DNA of 32,000 nucleotides from an uncultured Saccharofermentans sp. (GTDB lineage: Bacteria > Bacillota > Clostridia > Saccharofermentanales > UBA5734), in contig CAXXUX010000001.1 in NCBI GenBank assembly GCA_963677835.2, positions 467,832-499,831 of the forward strand. The letters are read 5' to 3'. A model generated the notes under the pieces. The model saw nothing but the letters and a program-made list of their open reading frames with translations. It made no database searches and was not told where the DNA came from. The stretch's first letter is position 1; every line of letters starts with the position of its first letter. Positions 1 through 7,274 of this stretch are shown here, one piece after another. The position numbers were made by a program, and so were the translations under genes.

Positions 1-100
1 CCATTTCTTCCACAAGTTCTTCGATTTTCTCCCGAGAATAGACGGCAAGACCTAATCCAAAATTGATTGATTTCTCCACAATTTCTTTGATGTCTTTCAT
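1..100 (-). CDS. 5' end of a small phasin-like (COG3937-type) protein; partial, continues past the window start
   Basis: ATG at complement of 98-100, with GGAGG (complement of 109-113) 8 nt upstream. The translation MKDIKEIVEKSINFGLGLAVYSREKIEELVEEM resembles N-termini of phasin-like regulators. Confidence 0.45.
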   Translation of the reverse strand, partial: MKDIKEIVEKSINFGLGLAVYSREKIEELVEEM

Positions 101-362
101 GGTCAAAACCTCCTCGAATATCCCTGCAATGGGGAATGGCAAGATGGTATCTGGTTGATTTAATTATACCACAGACAAGCCAAGAGAAATATCCGGAAGT
201 GTGTTTGAATATTTTGCGATGGACAGCACGCAAAAAAACCATGACACATTGAAGACGATGACAACCACAAAGTGCTTTATTCAAGCGTCTTGTTGCTTGA
301 CAAGAACCCGATCTTATTTTTCAACAATATTGCATTTATTTTACATTAATAATACAAAATGC

Positions 363-391
363 TTGATTAGCCAATTTTCACGTGATAAAAT
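363..391 (+). promoter_or_regulatory. Candidate sigma-A promoter for the adhesin leader
   Basis: TTGATT (363-368), 17-nt spacer, TAAAAT (386-391), with an extended -10 TG at 383-384. Confidence 0.4.
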
Positions 392-497
392 GAAGCCGAC
401 AGCAAAATCTCCCGGATTGTCTTTTCTCCGAGCACCTTGATAATCGAAAACGAAATGGCATAGATGATCTATCATTCCCTCTGCTGCGCTTCGCACA

Positions 498-600
498 GCA
501 ATGGCATGAGCATCTGTAAAAAGCAGCCCAGGTGAAAGCCTGGTACGCAAAGCCGTGAGTCTAATGTGCTTTTTTGCACGATGACCGTCCGGTTGCCATG
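498..600 (+). promoter_or_regulatory. GEMM-I (c-di-GMP-I)-like riboswitch aptamer candidate
   Basis: GAAA-tetraloop hairpin CCAGGU-GAAA-GCCUGG (528-543) is directly followed by UACGCAAAGCC (544-554; the conserved GEMM-I string is GACGCAAAGCC). The second helix (559-585) has a tetraloop-receptor-like internal loop, CUAAU opposite GAU. The 3' CCGGUUGCC can pair with the upstream AUGGCA or GCAGCC. Confidence 0.5.
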
Positions 601-621
601 ACGCCTCATTCGATTATCTAT

Positions 622-650
622 CCGTAAGGGTCTCTTACGGTTTCTTTTTT
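622..650 (+). terminator. Intrinsic terminator, candidate expression platform of the leader
   Basis: CCGUAAG-GGUCU-CUUACGG stem-loop followed by UUUCUUUUUU. Confidence 0.7.
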
Positions 651-854
651 GGCATTTTTGATCGGGTATTTGATTTTTTATCAATTATTTTATAAGCGCC
701 CCTGCAGCTATTGCTTATCTTTTGCCATCAGCCCGGTATCTTGCGGCTGAATATTTTCCATAATCATCAAGGTTTTCAATCATCTTCGCCATTCGTTTTG
801 TAGCAAATTATGCATTATTTGTGTTTTTTGCGAATTCACGGAGGTGATTGACCA

Positions 855-3800
855 GTGAAGACTAAAAAACGACTCAGTATGCTCCTGGTAATTGTAATGA
901 TCTTGTCCTTGCTTCCGACCACAGTTTTCGCCGCAACATCAGTCCACTTAAAATTGAATGATTACGCCGGCACGGTTTACAATAACCCTGCCAATGGCGG
1001 TTATTGCGGCTATTTGCTGATAGACTGGCGATTGATTCTTGAAGCAAATCCAACCGCTGTGTATGAAGATTTCACCAATCTCTGCCCGCTTGACCCTGTG
1101 GCCGGCAAGCCAAATCATGGCCTGGGCACTCTGTTTATCGAGCGGTTATGGGACAATGTTCTGAATGGTCCGGATATTCATTATCCGATGGAATACCGGA
1201 CTGACCTTTTCTTGCTGCCAATGACCACGGCCGGCAATAATGCCACATCTCAGGATGCAGGCACCGATATCACGTATGCGATTTTCGGTGCGATTCTTTG
1301 CCTAAACAATAGCGGCAACCTGTCTTATGGCTACTTCCCTATGCATCAATATGCGCCGGCTGGCAATCAGGGAATTGTGCCTGGCGTTGAAGCCAGCGGT
1401 ACCTTGAATGCCAGCATCGATGGCGTTCCTCTTGATGTTTTTGGGGCCGCCGAACTTCTCAATATTAAAAACAGCGTGCCGGTTCCGAATTCAGAAGTCA
1501 ATCCCGGGAACACGATCACTTATACCATTACAACTAAAAACATGGAAATACCGACCGGAATTCCGGCCATGGACAATTCGCTGATTGCTAAAAACATTGT
1601 GGCAACCGATACCATCCCAGCCGGCACCACCTACGTGCCTGGCTCAATTACGCTGGATGGCGCTCCGCTAAGTGACGCAATCGCTTTTAATGCGACAAGC
1701 AAAGTCATTACCTGGCCGCTCGGCGATATTAACCCGCAGCAGACAAAAACGATGACATTCCAAGTGATTGTCAACCAGCTTCCTGCCGGCCAGAACACCG
1801 GTTCGATCCGGAATTTCGCAATTGTCGACAAAAACGAGACCAATCCTGTCGACCATAGCGTCAAACGGTTAGGCTCGATTCAAGTCATCAAGCTGGATGC
1901 CGATTCTCCGGCCGCTCAGCTTGCAGGAGCTCATTTCAGCCTGACTTATCTGCCGGCCGGTGCGCCGCCTCAAGTCGTCAATAGCGACCTGGTCACCGAC
2001 GCCTCAGGTCAGATCGGATTAAGCAACCTGGCATATGGCAATTATGTTCTGGAAGAGACCATTGTCCCGGCTGGCTATATCCTGCCGGCCGGTGAAGCGG
2101 CCAAAGTCTATTTTACTTTGTCCAGCAGCGATCCCACGACCTACGTGATCCGCTTCCAAAATGCACGGCAGTCTTATCCAATCCGGGTTTATAAATATGA
2201 TGCGATTACCCATCTGCCATTGGCAGGTGTCATTTTTGAACTTTTTGACGGCAACGGTGCCGGAGCCACACGGCTGGCAGAATTGCCGGCAACCAACGCT
2301 TCCGGCTATGCCCAGACCCCAGGCATCTATAAACCTGGAACTTATTACGTCAAAGAAAAATTTGTTCCTGGCGGCTATATTCTTGATCCAAACTATCATC
2401 CCGTAACGGTCAATGTTGCTCAGACAAATGGCATGGCAACCATTGAAATCGGCAACCAGCAGCAGCATTACCCGATTGGCGTTTACAAGGTCGATGATGT
2501 TAACGGCGCTCCGCTTTTGGGCGTCATCTTCGAGCTCTTCGACGGCAATGGCGCCGGAGCCACACGTCTGGCTGAACTGCCGGCAACCAACGCTTCCGGC
2601 TATGCCCAGACCACTGGAACCTACGCGCCCGGAACCTACTACCTCAAAGAAAAGTCGACGATCAACGGCTATGTGCTGGACTCCGGCTACCATGCCGTTA
2701 CCGTCGGCATCGGGCAAGCGGGCGGCGTGGCAACCATCACGGTCCGAAATGCCCGCACGAAGTATCCTATTGGCGTTTACAAGGTCGATGACGTTAACGG
2801 TGCTCCGCTTTCGGGCGTCATCTTTGAGCTCTTCGACGGCAATGGCGCCGGAGCCACACGTCTGGCTGAACTGCCGGCGACCAACGCTTCCGGCTATGCC
2901 CAGACCACTGGAACCTACGCGCCCGGAACCTACTACCTCAAAGAAAAGTCGACGATCAACGGCTATGTGCTGGACTCCAGCTACCATGCCGTAACTGTCG
3001 GCATCGGGCAAGCGGGCGGCGTGGCAACCATCACGGTCCGAAATGCCCGCACGAAGTATCCCATTGGTGTTTACAAGGTCGATGACGTTAACGGCGCTCC
3101 GCTTTCGGGCGTGATCTTCGAGCTCTTCGACGGCAATGGCGCCGGAGCCACACGTCTGGCTGAACTGCCGGCAACCAACGCTTCCGGCTATGCCCAGACC
3201 ACTGGAACCTATGCGCCCGGAACCTACTACCTCAAAGAAAAGTCGACGATCAGCGGCTATGTGCTGGACTCCAGCTACCATGCTGTTACCGTCGGCATCG
3301 GGCAAGCGGGCGGCGTAGCAACCATCACGGTCCGAAATGCCCGCGTCGGATACCCGATCGAGATCTTGAAACTTGATGACGTTAGCGGCGCTCCACTTGC
3401 GGACGTGGTCTTCCGGGTCTATCAGGAAGTCCTCAGTATCAAAGTGCCGGTCACCGGTGATTTGACAACCAATGCCAGTGGCATCGCAACCAGCGGAGCG
3501 CTCGCTCCAGGCAATTATTTCGTCCACGAAATCAGCGTGCCCAATGGTTACGAGCTTGACCCCGACTACCATCCGGTTACTGTCAATATCGGGCAGGCGG
3601 GTGGCAAAGCGCAGATTACAGTTCGGGATAATCGCACGAAGTATCCCATTGGTGTTTACAAGGTCGATGACGTTAACGGCGCTCCGCTTTCGGGCGTCAT
3701 CTTCGAGCTCTTCGACGGCAATGGCGCCGGAGCCACACGTCTGGCTGAACTGCCGGCAACCAACGCTTCCGGCTATGCCCAGACCACTGGAACCTATGCG

Positions 3801-5267
3801 CCCGGAACCTACTACCTCAAAGAAAAGTCGACGATCAACGGCTATGTGCTGGACTCCGGCTACCATGCCGTTACCGTCGGCATCGGGCAAGCAGGCGGCG
3901 TAGCAACCATCACGGTCCGAAATGCCCGTACGCCCTATCGGATCCAGATTATCAAACTTGACCAGCGCGATGAAGAAACGCCATTGCAGGGTGCAGTCTT
4001 TGAGCTGCATGCGGCAGTCGCATCAAATTCGATCGCCTTAGCAGCCTTGCAGGTTGGCGGTTTACTTGAAACGTTGACAACCGATGTCAATGGTCAAGCC
4101 ATCACCCAAAACACTTACGCGCCTGGCCAATATTTCCTGGTAGAAACCAGTGCTCCGATCGGATTCCATCCGATTACCGAACCGATCCTGGTGACTCTGG
4201 ATATTGGTGCAGAACCCGAAGATGGCATCCTGACAATCCGCATCCTGGATAACTTTATTAATGAACCAAGCATCATCGTCGAAAAACGGGTCGCCAATAT
4301 CACCCGCAGCTTCCCGCCGGCCGAGCTGACTGAATTGTACGTCGGCGAGACCGCACAATATTCTGTTACGGTTACCAACAACGGCAATGCTCCATTGACC
4401 AACGTCACTCTGACTGACAATCAGGCCATTGCAGGTACCAGCGTAACGACTTCTGAAGGCGGCACCTTGATCTGGCAATCTGGTGCAGGCGGCATCGCTA
4501 CGCTGAATCTTGGCGATTTGGCAGTTGGTGAATCGCTCGATCTGATCTACAATTACATCACTACTGATGATGATCTGGCCATAGAGCCAATAACCAACAC
4601 CGTTGTCGCTACCGGGCAGCTGCAGCCAACTCCAGATTATCCGGAAGGCACCCAAATCAGTGATGATGACGCTGCTATCATCACCATTACGGACATTCCG
4701 CTTAATCAAGCCGGCATCACCCTCACCAAACTGGTTCAAAACTTGACCCAGGGCGGTGTTCCTGCAGAACTATCCGGTGGTTATCCGGGAGATGTCTTCC
4801 GCTATACAATAAAGATCACCAATACCGGCAGTCTTGATCTGACATCTGTCCAGATTTTTGATGATCGGGTTCGCGTCGGCGGAACAATCAAAAATGTCAC
4901 AAAAAACACGACCTTGACCTGGCTCAGTGATGAAGGAACCCCTTACCTGCCAATCGCAGATCTGGTTCCGGGCGAGTCCGTCACCTTCACCTATGAGTAC
5001 ACCAGCACGGCTGCCGATATCAGCAGCATTCGGGTCAACACAGCCAAAGTCCTGGCTACGGTTGCCATTACGCTGGATGATCCTAACCGGATAGTCATTG
5101 AAGCTGAAGATGCTGCCCAAGTTGCCGTAGATGAAATCCCAATAACCGGCGAATCCGGCGAAACCGGACTGATTGGCCTAACGCTGCTGCTTGGGGCCGC
5201 TGCACTTGTTCTGTTCCGCAAACGCCGGGAGGACAAAGATCTTGAAGATTTCAACGTTGATGACTAA
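855..5267 (+). CDS. Giant sortase-anchored surface adhesin (DUF11-type repeats plus nine Cna-B/SpaA-like modules)
   Basis: GTG start 10 nt after GGAGG (840-844). Signal peptide MKTKKRLSMLLVIVMILSLLPTTVFA/ATS. DUF11-like segments (NPGNTITYTITTKN, GETAQYSVTVTNNGNAPLTNVTLTD, GDVFRYTIKITNTGSLDLTSVQIFD). Repeated ~98-aa modules of the form YPIGVYKVDDVNGAPL..GVIFELFDGNG...GTYYLKE...GY.LD...H.VTV. C-terminal IPITGESG, then a hydrophobic helix and an RKRRED tail. Confidence 0.9.
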   Translation: MKTKKRLSMLLVIVMILSLLPTTVFAATSVHLKLNDYAGTVYNNPANGGYCGYLLIDWRLILEANPTAVYEDFTNLCPLDPVAGKPNHGLGTLFIERLWDNVLNGPDIHYPMEYRTDLFLLPMTTAGNNATSQDAGTDITYAIFGAILCLNNSGNLSYGYFPMHQYAPAGNQGIVPGVEASGTLNASIDGVPLDVFGAAELLNIKNSVPVPNSEVNPGNTITYTITTKNMEIPTGIPAMDNSLIAKNIVATDTIPAGTTYVPGSITLDGAPLSDAIAFNATSKVITWPLGDINPQQTKTMTFQVIVNQLPAGQNTGSIRNFAIVDKNETNPVDHSVKRLGSIQVIKLDADSPAAQLAGAHFSLTYLPAGAPPQVVNSDLVTDASGQIGLSNLAYGNYVLEETIVPAGYILPAGEAAKVYFTLSSSDPTTYVIRFQNARQSYPIRVYKYDAITHLPLAGVIFELFDGNGAGATRLAELPATNASGYAQTPGIYKPGTYYVKEKFVPGGYILDPNYHPVTVNVAQTNGMATIEIGNQQQHYPIGVYKVDDVNGAPLLGVIFELFDGNGAGATRLAELPATNASGYAQTTGTYAPGTYYLKEKSTINGYVLDSGYHAVTVGIGQAGGVATITVRNARTKYPIGVYKVDDVNGAPLSGVIFELFDGNGAGATRLAELPATNASGYAQTTGTYAPGTYYLKEKSTINGYVLDSSYHAVTVGIGQAGGVATITVRNARTKYPIGVYKVDDVNGAPLSGVIFELFDGNGAGATRLAELPATNASGYAQTTGTYAPGTYYLKEKSTISGYVLDSSYHAVTVGIGQAGGVATITVRNARVGYPIEILKLDDVSGAPLADVVFRVYQEVLSIKVPVTGDLTTNASGIATSGALAPGNYFVHEISVPNGYELDPDYHPVTVNIGQAGGKAQITVRDNRTKYPIGVYKVDDVNGAPLSGVIFELFDGNGAGATRLAELPATNASGYAQTTGTYAPGTYYLKEKSTINGYVLDSGYHAVTVGIGQAGGVATITVRNARTPYRIQIIKLDQRDEETPLQGAVFELHAAVASNSIALAALQVGGLLETLTTDVNGQAITQNTYAPGQYFLVETSAPIGFHPITEPILVTLDIGAEPEDGILTIRILDNFINEPSIIVEKRVANITRSFPPAELTELYVGETAQYSVTVTNNGNAPLTNVTLTDNQAIAGTSVTTSEGGTLIWQSGAGGIATLNLGDLAVGESLDLIYNYITTDDDLAIEPITNTVVATGQLQPTPDYPEGTQISDDDAAIITITDIPLNQAGITLTKLVQNLTQGGVPAELSGGYPGDVFRYTIKITNTGSLDLTSVQIFDDRVRVGGTIKNVTKNTTLTWLSDEGTPYLPIADLVPGESVTFTYEYTSTAADISSIRVNTAKVLATVAITLDDPNRIVIEAEDAAQVAVDEIPITGESGETGLIGLTLLLGAAALVLFRKRREDKDLEDFNVDD
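2175..3935 (+). repeat. Six in-frame tandem units of 291-294 bp, each encoding one Cna-B/SpaA-like module
   Basis: Unit starts (the Tyr codon of YPI) fall at 2175, 2469, 2763, 3057, 3351 and 3642, and the following divergent module starts at 3936. Units starting at 2469, 2763, 3057 and 3642 are near-identical at the DNA level; units at 2175 and 3351 are divergent. Confidence 0.9.
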
Positions 5268-5312
5268 TTCAAAACGGCTGCCATTGTTACCATTAACTGA
5301 TTAATCATCCCA

Positions 5313-5352
5313 AAGGGAGAATAGGCTGCGGTTTATTCTCCCTTTATCATTA
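5313..5352 (+). terminator. Intrinsic terminator after the adhesin gene
   Basis: AAGGGAGAAUA (5313-5323) pairs with UAUUCUCCCUU across a 9-10-nt loop and is followed by a U-rich tract, UAUCAUUAUUUUG. Confidence 0.55.
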
Positions 5353-5377
5353 TTTTGCTTGCAGGAGGCAAATCACT

Positions 5378-5821
5378 ATGACTTTTCATATGCAAACTGC
5401 TGTCAGGACGGAAAGGCCGGGGCATCCAATGCCGACACCCTGGCAGCTAAGACAACGTTTGATGCGCTTTTTAACCATCGTCATCGTTGTCGTGGTTATC
5501 CTCTCTTTGGTAATTGTCTGGCAATACCAGAATCAAAAAGCAGCTGAGCGAATTGTTGGCAGCTGGTATTGTGTCGGAGAAGAAATTAAATATACTTTCG
5601 AAAGCGACGGCAAATTCAGCGCCGGCAATGGTCAGCAAATCCTGCTGACCGGCACCTGGAAAGCAGGATGGCAAAGCAACAATTTGCTTCTCATTTACGA
5701 ATTTGAAGGTCAGGAAATACGCGAAGAAACCAGCTATGCTTTAGCTGATGCAAATAGCCAGCTGATTTTTAAGGATATCCAGACCAAAAGCCTGGTCATG
5801 AATCGTCTTAAGGACTCATGA
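5378..5821 (+). CDS. Small membrane-anchored protein with a lipocalin-like extracytoplasmic domain
   Basis: AGGAGG lies 8 nt upstream of the ATG. One TM helix (FLTIVIVVVVILSLVIVW) is followed by a GSWY...TFESDGKF...GTW...N.L.L pattern typical of small lipocalin-like domains. Confidence 0.6.
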   Translation: MTFHMQTAVRTERPGHPMPTPWQLRQRLMRFLTIVIVVVVILSLVIVWQYQNQKAAERIVGSWYCVGEEIKYTFESDGKFSAGNGQQILLTGTWKAGWQSNNLLLIYEFEGQEIREETSYALADANSQLIFKDIQTKSLVMNRLKDS

Positions 5822-5870
5822 CTCCATATGGATTCACATGATCATCAGGTTTGCGGCTGCAGGCCTGATG

Positions 5871-7118
5871 TTATTTCAGCATATCGCTAGCCGGCGTCAA
5901 CTGTTCGCCGATAAAATCGCGGGCATACAATAAATTGACAGCGTCAAGCTGCAGACAGACGATATTGATCTTATCTCCGGACAATACTGCCTGGCGGACA
6001 GTCAATGCCGGCATCGCCGGTTTATTCAGATAAACATTGAAGCGGCTGCCGTCATGCAGGATCTGGAAAGTATTGAGATCATAGAAATAAATGCGGTCGT
6101 CGTCATCCTGGTTATCGGCTATGACAAAACGGTCAAAGTGGATGACCAGCGTTTTGTCGTCCCAGTTGGTAATCTCCCTGATCTTCATATGATAGGACTT
6201 ATAAAACAGCCGTTTACGATTGCTGTCGCCAATGTGCCGATCCAGCCGGTAGAGCATTTCCCATTGGCGGAAACGGTCGACGACCGGCATTTCCAGGTGA
6301 TCCCACAGACGGGAATCCGAAGACCGGCCTAGAAGGCTGGCCAGTTTTTGCTGCTGCAAGGGTCTGGGCGCGCCAAATCGATCCAGCAAAGCCAGGTTGA
6401 TCGGCTCCCATGCGGGCTGCAGCCGGTAGTCCTGCAAATAATGGCTGATAATCGCTATTTGTTCTTTTTCTTCGTTGATCTTGACGGCATGGATAAATAA
6501 TTCGGCATTGTCCTGGATCGACTGGTCAGGGCAAGCCTTGAAATATGAAGCAAGCAGGCTGGCGGCAAATGGGCTATCCGGCAAAATAGTCATTTTAACC
6601 AGATAGTCGCTGACCGGCTCACTCGGTTTAGCCAGCAGCCGGGCAGCCATGCGGTCCGGCAAGGTGTCGTCAATAATCGGCAAATCCGCAACCTGGGCAA
6701 TCGCCCGCAAATAGGGCTGGTCTGCGCTTTTTTCAGCCAATTCGCTTACTATAGCCGATAATACCCGGCTCATCCGGTCATTGGGGTAGTGATGCTGGTA
6801 AAAAGCCCAGCCGGTTTCCGCGAGAGAAGGCGTAATTCTAAGCGTCATAATATTCAGCAAACGCGCTACGGTTGACTCGCCTGATGCTGCCGACATGACT
6901 AGAAGCGCACCAAAAATGTCGTTCAACCGGCGGCGTGGCAGCAGCGTTGTAAAAGACTGCAATTCTTCTTCATTTTGGCAAGCCATGACATCCGCTAAAA
7001 ATTCATGTGCAAGCTGCTCATCAAAAGAACTGGACATTTCTTCCGGAAAAGCAACCTGTCTGCTGATCTGCTGGCGGATACTATGGATCTTGGCATCGGA
7101 TAATTGAAGCATGGTCAT
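5871..7118 (-). CDS. Hypothetical soluble protein (415 aa), downstream partner of the coiled-coil membrane protein
   Basis: Long ORF with a GGGGAG RBS and no TM segments. I recognise no family motif. It is on the same strand as, and 156 nt downstream of, 7275..9899. Confidence 0.6.
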   Translation of the reverse strand: MTMLQLSDAKIHSIRQQISRQVAFPEEMSSSFDEQLAHEFLADVMACQNEEELQSFTTLLPRRRLNDIFGALLVMSAASGESTVARLLNIMTLRITPSLAETGWAFYQHHYPNDRMSRVLSAIVSELAEKSADQPYLRAIAQVADLPIIDDTLPDRMAARLLAKPSEPVSDYLVKMTILPDSPFAASLLASYFKACPDQSIQDNAELFIHAVKINEEKEQIAIISHYLQDYRLQPAWEPINLALLDRFGAPRPLQQQKLASLLGRSSDSRLWDHLEMPVVDRFRQWEMLYRLDRHIGDSNRKRLFYKSYHMKIREITNWDDKTLVIHFDRFVIADNQDDDDRIYFYDLNTFQILHDGSRFNVYLNKPAMPALTVRQAVLSGDKINIVCLQLDAVNLLYARDFIGEQLTPASDMLK

Positions 7119-7274
7119 TCATCTCCCCAAAATGAGCTGTCAAGGTAACTCTAAAAACAGCCTAGATTTATCATACTACCGGAAGAAGGCCCATGCAACT
7201 ATGCCTTGCTAGAATGAGAGGCTAACCAGATGTCAAGCGATTGAAGCATTTATCGGTCAAGAGCCTTTTAAAGC

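Noticed and set aside
201-440. 79-aa + strand ORF upstream of the riboswitch-like leader. The small - strand ORFs at 341..550 and 472..684 were considered as well.
   Set aside because: There is no RBS. The translations are Cys/Thr/Leu-rich with no motif. They overlap the predicted promoter, the structured RNA and the terminator, which explain the region better.
930-1450. Possible thioester (TQxA-type) adhesin domain at the N-terminus of the giant adhesin (Cys in GGYCGYLL, later ATSQDAG).
   Set aside because: The Cys context and the SQDA segment do not match the Y-C-hydrophobic-(D/E/N) and TQxA(I/V)W consensus well enough. This cannot be supported without a profile or structure search.
2019-4010. 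663-aa ORF antisense to the adhesin gene, plus several 60-225-aa ORFs in other frames of the same region (2413..2994, 3472..3903, 4062..4739, 4770..5120).
   Set aside because: They lie entirely inside the repetitive adhesin CDS. Their periodic, low-complexity translations mirror the sense-strand repeats. They have no RBS, signal or domain motifs. The sense frame has a signal peptide, recognisable domains and a sorting signal.
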